From: Oscillospiraceae bacterium
GTDB lineage: Bacteria; Bacillota; Clostridia; Oscillospirales; Acutalibacteraceae
DNA: 39,574 bases
NCBI GenBank assembly: GCA_022508865.1
Contig: JAFLUK010000002.1
Span: 1-39,574, forward strand
Direction of reading: 5' to 3'
Every line of letters starts with the position of its first letter. Position 1 is the stretch's first letter. Under the pieces are notes generated by a model. That model ran no database searches, had not been told where the DNA came from, and saw nothing but the letters and a program-made list of their open reading frames with translations. This document shows, in pieces, positions 19,350 to 29,477 of this stretch. Made by a program: the position numbers and the translations under genes.

Positions 19350-19814
19350 TTGTTTTTTTATCACTACAATTCACCAATTGGCAGGCTGGTGATAGTACAG
19401 GATAATAATGGAATTTGCCAAATTGTTCTGCCAAATAGGGAAATAAAGGTTAATGCCACAGAAAAACTAACTCCCGTTATAGAAAGAACCATAAATCAGC
19501 TGGAAGAGTATTTTCAGGGTGAGAGGAAAAGCTTTGATGTGCCTCTGTCCTTAAAGGGCACTGACTTTCAGCTTATGGTGTGGAGGGAACTTATGAAAAT
19601 CCCCTACGGGCACACCGTCTGCTACAGCGAGTTAGCGGAAAAAATCAGAAACCCGAAGGCTCAAAGGGCAGTGGGAATGGCAAATAACCTCAATCCTGTA
19701 CCCATTATAGTGCCGTGTCATCGTGTGGTGGGGAAAAACGGAAGCCTTACAGGCTATGCAGGAGGCATTGATGTAAAGGCAAAGCTTTTAGAGTTGGAAA
19801 AGGATAATATATGA
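19350..19814 (+). CDS. ogt: Methylated-DNA--protein-cysteine methyltransferase
   Basis: GTDFQ, IPYG, RAVG, NPVPIIVPCHRVV, GYAGG; AGGGAGGG before TTG. Confidence 0.95.
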   Translation: MFFYHYNSPIGRLVIVQDNNGICQIVLPNREIKVNATEKLTPVIERTINQLEEYFQGERKSFDVPLSLKGTDFQLMVWRELMKIPYGHTVCYSELAEKIRNPKAQRAVGMANNLNPVPIIVPCHRVVGKNGSLTGYAGGIDVKAKLLELEKDNI

Positions 19815-19867
19815 ATTTAGATGAAAGGAGTAATAATAAAATAACTGTATTTTTCTTGAAATTTTCC

Positions 19868-19896
19868 TCGACAAAGGAAAGATTATGTGATAAAAT
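19868..19896 (+). promoter_or_regulatory. Putative promoter of membrane protein/PPTase genes
   Basis: TCGACA-17 bp-TAAAAT with extended TG. Confidence 0.55.
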
Positions 19897-19939
19897 CTGT
19901 GTGTAGAAAAATACTTTAAAAATAAAAGGAAAAATAATT

Positions 19940-20374
19940 ATGGTACTGGTGAGATTTTTTGATTTTATCGGCAGAAAGATGGGTCAATCGTTTGGAATTA
20001 TTTTTAAAATTATTATCCCATTTCTTGTAACGTTTGTACCTATGGATATAGTAAGTACTCTGGTGTCAAGCGGCGATGCAAAAATTGTATCAATAATACT
20101 GTGGTTAATCTTTTTTGTACTGCTTATTATTGCACCAAAGGTGGCATCGGTTGTAGAATTTTTTGTAATTGGCTTTGCCATGGTGTTTGCCTTTGGTTAC
20201 GGAATAATCAACCATTGGTGGGGATATGCAATTATGATTTCTGCCGGAGTATTCTTATTTTTCAAGATACTTTTCCTAATTAATATCCTTATAAAAAAGG
20301 CAGACGGTACCTACGAAACAGAACAGCAAGAGGAAAAGGCAGAAAAATATATACCTGACAAATTTCAGGAATAA
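19940..20374 (+). CDS. Hypothetical membrane protein (paralog of 17208..17957)
   Basis: ~4 TM segments, AAAGGA RBS, shared PKVASxVEF and FLFFK motifs. Confidence 0.8.
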   Translation: MVLVRFFDFIGRKMGQSFGIIFKIIIPFLVTFVPMDIVSTLVSSGDAKIVSIILWLIFFVLLIIAPKVASVVEFFVIGFAMVFAFGYGIINHWWGYAIMISAGVFLFFKILFLINILIKKADGTYETEQQEEKAEKYIPDKFQE

Positions 20375-20433
20375 TAAAACAGGTGTATCAGTAATATGTG
20401 ATACACCTTTTAATTTTTTATTTAGGAGCAAAA

Positions 20434-21066
20434 ATGGTAAAAACATATATTTTAAACACAGAGTTTCTTGATAACAAGGAGTTGTTTAACAGTAAGCTGG
20501 AATCGGTGGACAAAGAAAGGAAAGAAAAAATACTTCGCCTGCCCTTTGCAAATCAAAAGCTGTCCCTTGGCGCAGGTTTGCTGATTAAGGAATTTGTAGG
20601 AGAAATATCCTCCTATAATAAACACAGAAAGCCCATATCTGCCAACGGAGAATTTAATGTAAGTCACAGCGGAAAGTATGTGGTGCTTTCAAAAAGCAAA
20701 AAGCCTGTTGGTGTTGATATTGAGATTTTACAAAGGGGAAAAAACAAAATAGCCCACAGATTTTTTACCATTGATGAATGTATACAAATTGACAGAAGTT
20801 ATGACAGGGATAATACTTTTACAAGGATATGGACACTAAAGGAAGCTTTTCTTAAGTGCATAGGAACAGGAATTGGTGAATATTTTAGTAAATTTACAAT
20901 TTTCCTTGATGAAGAAGAGGTTAAAATCAGTCAAAATATTCAGAGTAACCCCGTTTACTTTAAGGAGTATTTTGTTGAAGGCTATAAGTTGGCTGTTTGT
21001 AGTGAGGATAACTCATTTTCAAGAGAAATAGAGGATGTTACTCAAAAAGTGTTTGCTAAAATTTAA
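20434..21066 (+). CDS. Sfp-type 4'-phosphopantetheinyl transferase
   Basis: KP..FNVSHSG, VGVDIE, WTLKEAFLKCIG; AGGAG before ATG 20434. Confidence 0.92.
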   Translation: MVKTYILNTEFLDNKELFNSKLESVDKERKEKILRLPFANQKLSLGAGLLIKEFVGEISSYNKHRKPISANGEFNVSHSGKYVVLSKSKKPVGVDIEILQRGKNKIAHRFFTIDECIQIDRSYDRDNTFTRIWTLKEAFLKCIGTGIGEYFSKFTIFLDEEEVKISQNIQSNPVYFKEYFVEGYKLAVCSEDNSFSREIEDVTQKVFAKI

Positions 21067-21142
21067 TAAAATTATTGTAGAAATATATGACCCCTTTTTT
21101 AGCTATCTTTGGTGGCTAGAAAAGAGGTTTTCTACGTAACGA

Positions 21143-21175
21143 AAGGGGGGTGTTTCAGTAACACCCCCTTATTTT
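21143..21175. terminator. Bidirectional terminator between PPTase and FN3 gene
   Basis: AAGGGGGGTGTT / AACACCCCCTT stem with A/T-rich flanks. Confidence 0.75.
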
Positions 21176-21183
21176 ATAATATT

Positions 21184-24100
21184 TTATTTCACAATGACAG
21201 ACAAGCCTGTTTTGTTATTTCCGCCTGATATATATCCTGCATTGCATATTCTATATGCCTTTACGGTGTAGGTATATTTTACTCCGCTTTCAAGGTTTTT
21301 GTCTGTAAATGTTCTTGTAGTGGTAGATTGTTCATCATATATCAGTTTAAAGTGTTCGTTAGCCTCTTTTCTGTATATATAGTAACCGCTGGCACCGGCA
21401 ACAGCGCCCCATGTTATTTTTGCTGTGTGCTCCTCGGGGCTTGTAGCAGATATAAGACTTGGTGTAAGAGGTATTGCCTTGCACTGTATCTCTTTGCTGT
21501 CGTAGCTGCCATATTCTATTTTGTCAACAGTTACAAAGGCTGTCACATAGTAGATGTAGTTAACACCACACTCGACAGTATCTGTATAGGTGATAACACT
21601 CTTTGAGGTGCACTTCTTAATCATTTCGTATTTGCCGTTTTCTTCTTTGCGGTAAATTTTGTAGCCGTTTGCGCCCATACATTTACCCCAATTTAGTTTA
21701 ATCTTGTTGTAATTTAATGAAGATGCAGAAACCAAAGGTGTTTCGGGAATAGCCATTGCGGCTACACCCTGCTTGTTGTACAGTCCGTATTTATTTGAAT
21801 TGTTAACTGTGCGATAGGACCTTACCGTATAGCTGTATTTAACTCCGCAGGAGACATTTTTGTCAACATATGAACAGACAGAGTTACCTTTTATAATTTC
21901 AAGTCTTGTCCATTTGGTATCATCAAAATTTTTGCGATACACAGCATATCCGTTGGCTCCGGATACACTCTTCCATTCTACTGAGATACTGTTGTAGGAA
22001 GAGCCCTTTACTGATGTAATGGCAGGGGCTAAAGTCTGGGGCATATTGGTGGTTCCTATGCTGTCGTATTGTCCCCACACTTTCTTTTTATCCTTTTTAT
22101 AATAGGCCCTTACAGAGTAAGTGTATTTTTCTCCTGTTGCCAAAGACTTATGAGTACAGCTTGTCAGTTTTGGATTATCAAAGGTGGCAAGAACCGAAAA
22201 CTTTTTATCATTAGCTTTTTTGTAATATACTCTATAGCCGCCGGCACCGCCAACAGTATTCCAAGAAATTAACAAGGAATTATAGCTTGCAACACTCACT
22301 TTGTATTTTGGCGCTGCAGGAACAGCCTTGCCGGTTATACCTTTTTCGTAGTCTCCCGTAAAGGTGCTGCCGCTTTGATTTCTGAATGCCCTTACAGTAT
22401 AGGTATAGGAGTCGCCGCAGACAAGCCCCTTGTCCTGATAAGTGCACACTTTGCCGTCGTTAAGTGTGGCAATTTTTTTATAGCCAACCTTGTCTGTTTT
22501 TCTGTATACATAGTACCCGTCAGCCCCTGCAACTGCTTCCCAATTGACCTGAATTTTATTGTAGTCAACACTGTCAACAGTCAGAAGCTTTGGTTTTGCA
22601 GGATAGGCTGTACCGTAAATATAATTTTCGTATGCGCTGTACTTTGTTATTCCGTTTGCGGTGCAATATGCCCTGACGGTGTATGTATATTTCACGCCGG
22701 TAACAGCGTTTTTGTCCTTAAAGGAAAGTGTACTGCTGTTGGAGATTTCTGCAATACGTTGGTATTTTTCTGTAGTTTTTCTGTATACCACATAACCGGT
22801 TGCACCGGGCACCTTGGTCCAGTTTATTTTTATAGTTTTGTAGTCAATGCTGGAAGTGCTTTTCAGAGCAGGCTCGGCAGGTAAAGTATATCCTGAAACA
22901 ACTTCGCTGACAAAGCCGCCATACTTTTTGTTGTCAATTATTCTGTAACCCTTTACCTTAAAATCGTATTTTACACAGCATTTCAAATTTTTTACAGTGA
23001 ATTCGGTATTACCGTTGCCGCTTATATCACCTGCTTTGGTAAAGGTTTTGTCCTCGCTTGCCTTGTAATAGACAATATATCCGCTTGCGCCGTTTACCTT
23101 GCTCCAGCTTAAATTAATTTTGTCATACTCATTGCTTTTCAGGGTTTTTATTTTGGGAGGATTTGTGTAGGAAATACCCTCAATTCCTGCAGCATCATAA
23201 CTGCCCAAATACTTTGTGTCATTTGCAGTTTTGTATGCCCTTACTGTATAGATGTATTTTGTTCCTGTTACAGAAGACAAATCAGTAAAGCTTACTGTAC
23301 TGCCCCCTTTTACCTCACCAATACGTTTGTAGCTCTTGTCACCGCTGGCTTTGCGGTAGATTGCATATCCGTCAACACCCTTAACCTTATTCCAGCTGAT
23401 TTCAATTTTATTAAAATCAAGACTTTCTGTTTTGACAAGGGTTACCTTTGCAGGCAGGGCTACTCCCTTAATGCCTGTTTTGTCATATGCTCCAAGATAG
23501 GAACTTTTGCCCACATAGGCTCTGGCGGTGTAATAGTATTCCTTGCCTGTTACGGCGGTAGTGTCTGTAAAATTCAACTTTGTAACGCTGTTTGTGAGCT
23601 TTGTCCAGCTGGTTTCATCGGTGGCTTTTCGGTATACTCTGTAACCGTCAGCATTTTTTACGGCATTCCAATACACCTTAATTGTGTTGTGGTCAATGCT
23701 TTCTGTCTTTTTCATTTTCGGAGGGTCAGGATGAGTGGTAATTTCCTTTCCTGTTTTATCATAGTCAAGATAAACAGTAGTTGAGCCCGACTTGTAGTAG
23801 CCTCTTACAGTATATTCATAGGTTTTTCCCATTGTAAGGGTGGAATCTGTGTAGGTACGTTCCCCCTCGGCATAGGTGTTACCCATTGTGGCAATTCTCT
23901 TGCCTGTCCACGTTGTTTCTCCCTTATTTCTGCGATACAGTATGTAGTGCTGACAACAGCCGTTGGGGTACCACTTGATTTGTGCAGTGGTAGAATTTAC
24001 TTCCTCAATAGAAGCTACCTGTGTTTTGTCCTTATTGCAAAAAACAACAAAATATTCCGGTGTAAAGCCGGCACTGCTAAGTTTTCTCAAAGATATGGTG

Positions 24101-24726
24101 TTGTAATATTCCTTTGCTGTGTTGTAGCGTGTGCCTCCATCCTGTGTGTTGGTGGAATCGTTATAGATAATTTCTCCTTTGTCCACAGTTGCCTGTCTGT
24201 CAATCTGAACATAGTGAGAGCCTCCGCCATAAAGAGAAACCTTAAGAAGCAGATGATACTGCTTGTCTGTTCTGTTAAAAAAACTCATTGCTGTGTTATA
24301 AAAACTACCATTTGGATAGTACTGAAAGCTTTCGCAGGTCATACCAAACTGGCCTGCCAAAGTTGACCAGTAAATTCCAATATCCCCAATACCCTTGGAG
24401 GGAGAGCCGTACTTGCTCATAAGTGTTCCGGGGGTTGTTGTATAAGGGCTGGCAACGCCTGCTTCAACAAACATTTTAGCCATAGCCACAGTACTGCAGC
24501 CGTACTGATTCATCCAGTCTGACTCCCAAGCGTCACTTGGTTTTGTGTTGTGCCAAGGGAATTGGTCCTGACTCCATGCTCTGTAATATTTATATCCGCT
24601 GTCCTTTATCATTTTTGCGCCGTCAAAATAGTACGCCGCATTTACGGACAGCATAGGAACAACCGTCAAAACTACAGTTATTATTATCACAAAAAAAGTA
24701 ATAGAAATCACCTTTAGTTTTTTCAC
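21184..24726 (-). CDS. Secreted protein: C39-like (papain-fold) peptidase domain plus ten fibronectin type III repeats
   Basis: Signal peptide ending VNA; WSQ..W, YGCSTVAMA, GSHYVQID and IYND motifs; ten ~95-aa W..GY.(V/I)YRK..Y.Y.V.AY repeats; GGAGG before GTG 24726. Confidence 0.82.
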   Translation of the reverse strand: MKKLKVISITFFVIIITVVLTVVPMLSVNAAYYFDGAKMIKDSGYKYYRAWSQDQFPWHNTKPSDAWESDWMNQYGCSTVAMAKMFVEAGVASPYTTTPGTLMSKYGSPSKGIGDIGIYWSTLAGQFGMTCESFQYYPNGSFYNTAMSFFNRTDKQYHLLLKVSLYGGGSHYVQIDRQATVDKGEIIYNDSTNTQDGGTRYNTAKEYYNTISLRKLSSAGFTPEYFVVFCNKDKTQVASIEEVNSTTAQIKWYPNGCCQHYILYRRNKGETTWTGKRIATMGNTYAEGERTYTDSTLTMGKTYEYTVRGYYKSGSTTVYLDYDKTGKEITTHPDPPKMKKTESIDHNTIKVYWNAVKNADGYRVYRKATDETSWTKLTNSVTKLNFTDTTAVTGKEYYYTARAYVGKSSYLGAYDKTGIKGVALPAKVTLVKTESLDFNKIEISWNKVKGVDGYAIYRKASGDKSYKRIGEVKGGSTVSFTDLSSVTGTKYIYTVRAYKTANDTKYLGSYDAAGIEGISYTNPPKIKTLKSNEYDKINLSWSKVNGASGYIVYYKASEDKTFTKAGDISGNGNTEFTVKNLKCCVKYDFKVKGYRIIDNKKYGGFVSEVVSGYTLPAEPALKSTSSIDYKTIKINWTKVPGATGYVVYRKTTEKYQRIAEISNSSTLSFKDKNAVTGVKYTYTVRAYCTANGITKYSAYENYIYGTAYPAKPKLLTVDSVDYNKIQVNWEAVAGADGYYVYRKTDKVGYKKIATLNDGKVCTYQDKGLVCGDSYTYTVRAFRNQSGSTFTGDYEKGITGKAVPAAPKYKVSVASYNSLLISWNTVGGAGGYRVYYKKANDKKFSVLATFDNPKLTSCTHKSLATGEKYTYSVRAYYKKDKKKVWGQYDSIGTTNMPQTLAPAITSVKGSSYNSISVEWKSVSGANGYAVYRKNFDDTKWTRLEIIKGNSVCSYVDKNVSCGVKYSYTVRSYRTVNNSNKYGLYNKQGVAAMAIPETPLVSASSLNYNKIKLNWGKCMGANGYKIYRKEENGKYEMIKKCTSKSVITYTDTVECGVNYIYYVTAFVTVDKIEYGSYDSKEIQCKAIPLTPSLISATSPEEHTAKITWGAVAGASGYYIYRKEANEHFKLIYDEQSTTTRTFTDKNLESGVKYTYTVKAYRICNAGYISGGNNKTGLSVIVK

Positions 24727-24767
24727 GGAAGCACCTCCTAATCCCATAATTCAACAAAAGTTACTTA

Positions 24768-24796
24768 ATTATAACATTTTTGAAACTTTTTTGCAA
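24768..24796 (-). promoter_or_regulatory. sigma-A promoter of FN3/peptidase gene
   Basis: TTGCAA-17 bp-TATAAT with extended TG. Confidence 0.75.
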
Positions 24797-24829
24797 CATT
24801 TTTGTTTTTAAGATTATCTTTGCAGAAAG

Positions 24830-24856
24830 AAAAAATCCCGCATAAAATGCGAGATT
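24830..24856 (-). terminator. Terminator of rimP-truB operon
   Basis: AATCTCGCAT/ATGCGGGATT stem followed by a T run on minus. Confidence 0.75.
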
Positions 24857-24863
24857 AAAATAT

Positions 24864-25757
24864 TTATATAGTTTTGAACAACTTAAAAATTTTCAGCTGA
24901 TCGCCCTTTATAATACCCAGCCCAAGAAAAGCGTTGTTGGCATCTTTAACTCTGATAATTGTGTCATCCGGTAGGTTCAGCCTTTGAAGATAGGTGCGGT
25001 TTTTGTCAAGAGAACCACCGTTGGAAAAACGCTTTGCCTGTGCTTCTGAAATTTTAATGTAGGGGTAGGACATAAACAGACTTTCCGTGTTCATAAGACA
25101 TTTAGAAAAATCTGTCATTTCCCTTGCCTTTTCCAATGGAATTGCCTGTTCAAGGGTGTAACCGCAGGCTTCTGTTCTGATTAAAGAAGTCATCACCGCA
25201 AAGGAGCCGAGATTTCCCCCCAAATCGTCAATTATTGTCCGCACGTATGTACCCTTGCTACAGCTGATTTCCAGTGTGCCGCATTGATTTTCTTCGTCAA
25301 AATCAGTTAAAGCCAGTTTGTATATGGTGACAGGACGTTTTTCTCTATCTATGGTTTTACCCTGCCTTGCAAGGTCGTACAGTCGTTTTCCGTCAATCTG
25401 TATTGCGGAATACATTGGAGGTGTCTGAAGAATATCTCCTGTAAAAAGTGGGAGTTTTTCTTCTATATCTTCCCTTGTAAAGTAGGTTTTTTCCTGCTTC
25501 AGAACTGTTCCCCAAATGTCAAGGGTATCTGTTTTTATTCCCAGTTTGAAGGTAGCAGTGTAGCTTTTGTCGTGATTAACAACCAAGTCCTGTGCCTTTG
25601 TGGCGTTCCCAAGAACAAGGGGCAAAACACCTGTTGCGTTTGGGTCCAGTGTGCCAAGGTGACCGATTTTCCGTTGTCCTGTTGCTTTTCGCATAACAGC
25701 AACAACATCAAAGGATGTAAAGTCCATTGGCTTGTTGATTACCAGTACTCCGTTCAT
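24864..25757 (-). CDS. truB: tRNA pseudouridine(55) synthase
   Basis: INKP..TSFD, GHLGTLDP, PPMYSA, CSKGTYVR. Confidence 0.97.
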   Translation of the reverse strand: MNGVLVINKPMDFTSFDVVAVMRKATGQRKIGHLGTLDPNATGVLPLVLGNATKAQDLVVNHDKSYTATFKLGIKTDTLDIWGTVLKQEKTYFTREDIEEKLPLFTGDILQTPPMYSAIQIDGKRLYDLARQGKTIDREKRPVTIYKLALTDFDEENQCGTLEISCSKGTYVRTIIDDLGGNLGSFAVMTSLIRTEACGYTLEQAIPLEKAREMTDFSKCLMNTESLFMSYPYIKISEAQAKRFSNGGSLDKNRTYLQRLNLPDDTIIRVKDANNAFLGLGIIKGDQLKIFKLFKTI

Positions 25758-26698
25758 TTCAGTATCTCTTTCGCTGCGGCTATAAGGGTTTGTTTAACGG
25801 TAATTAAATCGCCGTTAATTGCACATCCTGCGGCTGCATTGTGGCCGCCGCCGCCAAATTGCTGACAAAAGGCACAGGCATCTATATCGCCATTGGTACG
25901 AACAGAAATCTTAAATTCCTTGTTCTTTTTCTCCCTCATGGTAATACCGATTTTCACACCCTCAATCTGGCGTGGAATAGAAGCAAGTCCCTCCATTTCG
26001 TCATCACCAAGGTTTAGCCTTTCCTGCATAGCAATGGTTGTGTAGATAATTGCACATTTGCCGTCGTGATAGTAGTCAAGGGTATCGTATACCATTCTTT
26101 CCAAAGCCAGCTTTTCCTTTGTTTTTGTTTCAAACATAGCCCTGTTAATAGTACCAAAGTCGCAACCTGCTTTTATCAGTTCACCAGCAATAATATGGGT
26201 TCTCTCTGTTGTGTTTGTATACATAAAACAGCCGGTGTCTGTGCTTACCCCGGTGTAGAGGCAATCGGCAATTTCCTTTGTGATATCCACATTCATAATT
26301 TTAAGTAAATCGTAGATAATCTCTGCAGTAGAAGCCGCAGTGTGGTCAATATAGCTGTCCTTAACTCCCATAGAATTACTTTTGTGGTGGTCAATGCACA
26401 AATCTATTTTGTCCTTGTAGTTTTCTTGATTTTCTCCCAGAAGTGTGGGAGCAGCCACATCAACAGACATAATAAAGCCGGGGGTAAAATCCGATTTATC
26501 AACACTACTTGAAAGATAGTCGTACTTTTGCGCTACCTTACCGCTGGTAATGACCCTTGCGTTTTTCCCAATTCTCTGCAAAGCAAGGCATAGTCCGTAT
26601 GCACTTCCAAGGGTGTCGCCGTCCGGATAGTGATGTGTGAGAATTTCTATATTATTCTTTTGTCGGAGTGTTTTTGCTACTTCATTCAGTGTCATCAT
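25754..26698 (-). CDS. nrnA: DHH-family bifunctional oligoribonuclease/PAP phosphatase
   Basis: H..PDGD, IDHH, STDTG, GGGGHNAAAG; canonical position between rbfA and truB. Confidence 0.9.
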   Translation of the reverse strand: MMTLNEVAKTLRQKNNIEILTHHYPDGDTLGSAYGLCLALQRIGKNARVITSGKVAQKYDYLSSSVDKSDFTPGFIMSVDVAAPTLLGENQENYKDKIDLCIDHHKSNSMGVKDSYIDHTAASTAEIIYDLLKIMNVDITKEIADCLYTGVSTDTGCFMYTNTTERTHIIAGELIKAGCDFGTINRAMFETKTKEKLALERMVYDTLDYYHDGKCAIIYTTIAMQERLNLGDDEMEGLASIPRQIEGVKIGITMREKKNKEFKISVRTNGDIDACAFCQQFGGGGHNAAAGCAINGDLITVKQTLIAAAKEILK

Positions 26699-27065
26699 TT
26701 GTATTATCCTCATTGACATCTTTGATGTCCAGACTGTTCAATATTCTGCTGATATTTGCACTGTATTCAATGCTGTCTGTTGCCTTAAAAATAAGCTCGG
26801 GAGTGTGGCGCAGATGGAGTCTCATGCCAAGCTCTCTGCGAATATAGCCTGAAGCAGATTTTAGTCCCTTTAGCGCTTCTTTGGCTCTGTCTATACCCTC
26901 AATTACACTGAAATAGACAGTGCAGTAGCTAAGGTCATTGGTAACCTCCACACGGATTATGGAAATAAAGCAATCTGCAACACGGGGGTCCTTTACTGTA
27001 GTAATAATAGAGGTGAGCTCCCTTTTTATATCTTCTGTTGTTCTGCCAATTCTATGTCCAGCCAT
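26682..27065 (-). CDS. rbfA: 30S ribosome-binding factor A
   Basis: KDPRV, VEVTNDLS, LRHTPELIF; follows infB. Confidence 0.96.
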   Translation of the reverse strand: MAGHRIGRTTEDIKRELTSIITTVKDPRVADCFISIIRVEVTNDLSYCTVYFSVIEGIDRAKEALKGLKSASGYIRRELGMRLHLRHTPELIFKATDSIEYSANISRILNSLDIKDVNEDNTNDDTE

Positions 27066-27143
27066 AACAAATTCCTCTTATAAAGGGGCTGCTTTTGAGG
27101 TCAGCCCCTGTAAATAACATAAAATTAATAATTGATAATATAA

Positions 27144-29477
27144 TTAGTCTTCACGATATTCCTGAATTTCATACACTTCAAAAATGTCGCCTTCTTTTAA
27201 ATCGTTAAAGCGTTCAAGGCAGATACCGCATTCATAGCCCTCTGAAACCTCTTTAACTGCATCCTTAAATCTCTGGAGAGAAGCAACAGTATCATCTGCA
27301 ATAACAACACCGTCACGGATAACTCTGACAAGAGCGTTTCTCTTGATTACACCGTCCTTAACATAGGAACCTGCAACCACACCGACACTTTTTATTCTGA
27401 TGATGTTACGGATTTCTGCGTTACCCAATACAACTTCTCTTGTCTTTGGAGCAAGCATACCCTTCATAGCAGATTCGATTTCTTCAATACAATTGTATAT
27501 GATGCTGTAAAGACGAATGTCAACTGAATCTCTCTCGGCATTTACAAGTGCTGTTGAGTCAGGTCTTACGTTAAAGCCTACAATAATTGCATTACTTGCA
27601 TTGGCAAGCATAACGTCGCTTTCGTTAATAGCACCAACACCGCCGTGAATAATATTGACCCTTACTTCCTCGTTTGTCAGCTTTTCAAGTGACTGACGTA
27701 CAGCCTCAACAGAGCCCTGAACATCGGCTTTTACAATAATTTGAAGTTCCTTCATATCGCCCTGTTTCATTTGGTCAAACAGGTTGTCAAGGGTAACCTT
27801 TGTTCTGGAGTTAAACAGCTCTTCCTTTTGCTTTGCCTTTCTTTCTTCAACAAGTTCACGGGCAAGTCTTTCATCATAAACAGCGTTGAAAATATCGCCG
27901 CCCTGAGGAACTTCCGCAAGACCTGTGATTTCAACAGGCACAGAAGGACCTGCCTCGGTAACAGTCATACCTCTGTCGTTTGTCATTGCACGAACACGGC
28001 CAACTGCTGTGCCTGCAACAACAATGTCGCCTTTGCGGAGAGTACCGTTCTGGACAAGCACTGTGGCAATCGGGCCTCTGCCCTTGTCAAGACGGGCTTC
28101 AATAACACAACCCTTTGCCTGCCTGTCTGGGTTAGCCTTTAATTCCTTCATATCTGCTACAAGGAGTACCATTTCAAGTAGCTCGTCAATACCCTGTTGT
28201 GTCTTTGCAGAAACAGGAATACAAGGTGTATCACCGCCCCATTCTTCAGGAATAAGCTCATATTCAGTAAGCTGCTGCTTAACCTGTTCGGGATTAGCTC
28301 CCATTTTATCCATTTTGTTGATTGCAACAATTACGGAAACACCTGCTGCCTTTGCATGGTTAATTGCTTCGATTGTCTGGGGCATAATGCCATCGTCAGC
28401 GGCAACAACAAGGATTGCAATGTCTGTTGCCTGGGCACCACGGGCACGCATTGTTGTAAAAGCCTCGTGACCGGGTGTGTCAAGGAAGGTAATATCCCTG
28501 TCGTTTACTTTTACTCTGTAAGCACCAATGTGCTGGGTGATACCGCCTGCTTCTGATGCTGTAACATTTGCGTTACGGATAACGTCAAGAATAGATGTTT
28601 TACCATGGTCAACGTGTCCCATTACAACTACAACAGGAGCTCTCTCTACAAGATTTGCGTCATCGTCCTCGGTGTCGTCAATAATTCTTTCTTCTATTGT
28701 AACAACAACTTCCTTTTCAACCTTTGCATGGAATTCCATTGCAATAAGGGAAGCGGTGTCAAAGTCAACTGTGTCTGTTGCGGTAACCATTGTTCCCATA
28801 AGGAATGCTTTTTTAACAACCTCTGCAACAGTTGCCTTAAGGCGTGAAGCCAGTTCCTGAATAACAATTTCATCAGGGATTTGCACAGTAATAGGCTTTG
28901 CCTTTCTTTCTGCGGCAATTCTTTTGAGACGCTCTGCCTCTGTTTCCTTTTTGCCCTGACGTTTCTTTCTCTGCTGGCTCTTTTGGTTAATCTTCTGCTT
29001 TTTAACCTGACTCTTATTTCTGTCGCTTCTGTTCATTCTGGAGTCAGCCATATTGTCGTACTTTTCGTTGTATTTATCTACGTTAACAACAACAGCAGAG
29101 GTGTCGATAACACGACTTTCCTTTTTCTTTGGAACAGGGTTGCTTTGTTTTTTATCTGTTTTAACAACAGGTTTGCCCTGCTTTTCTGCTTGCTCCGCTT
29201 TTTTCTGCTTAAGTTCTTCTTTTCTTTTCTTCTTTTCTTCCTCTTTTTTTGCCTCTGCTTCTTCAATGCTTTTGTTTCTCAGAGCAAAGTAGGAGTCAAG
29301 ATTTTCTCTGTTTTCTGCCTGAGTAAAATAATCAAAAATTACATCAAGCTCATTTTCTTCCAGCGCAGTCTGGGATTTTTTCTTGACACCGCAGTATTTC
29401 TCAAGAATTTCTACAACCTTTTTGCTGGATACGTCTAAATCCTTTGATACCTCGTGTACCTTATATTTAATCATCAT
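27144..29477 (-). CDS. infB: Translation initiation factor IF-2
   Basis: [40 protein letters not shown]. Confidence 0.98.
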   Translation of the reverse strand: MMIKYKVHEVSKDLDVSSKKVVEILEKYCGVKKKSQTALEENELDVIFDYFTQAENRENLDSYFALRNKSIEEAEAKKEEEKKKRKEELKQKKAEQAEKQGKPVVKTDKKQSNPVPKKKESRVIDTSAVVVNVDKYNEKYDNMADSRMNRSDRNKSQVKKQKINQKSQQRKKRQGKKETEAERLKRIAAERKAKPITVQIPDEIVIQELASRLKATVAEVVKKAFLMGTMVTATDTVDFDTASLIAMEFHAKVEKEVVVTIEERIIDDTEDDDANLVERAPVVVVMGHVDHGKTSILDVIRNANVTASEAGGITQHIGAYRVKVNDRDITFLDTPGHEAFTTMRARGAQATDIAILVVAADDGIMPQTIEAINHAKAAGVSVIVAINKMDKMGANPEQVKQQLTEYELIPEEWGGDTPCIPVSAKTQQGIDELLEMVLLVADMKELKANPDRQAKGCVIEARLDKGRGPIATVLVQNGTLRKGDIVVAGTAVGRVRAMTNDRGMTVTEAGPSVPVEITGLAEVPQGGDIFNAVYDERLARELVEERKAKQKEELFNSRTKVTLDNLFDQMKQGDMKELQIIVKADVQGSVEAVRQSLEKLTNEEVRVNIIHGGVGAINESDVMLANASNAIIVGFNVRPDSTALVNAERDSVDIRLYSIIYNCIEEIESAMKGMLAPKTREVVLGNAEIRNIIRIKSVGVVAGSYVKDGVIKRNALVRVIRDGVVIADDTVASLQRFKDAVKEVSEGYECGICLERFNDLKEGDIFEVYEIQEYRED

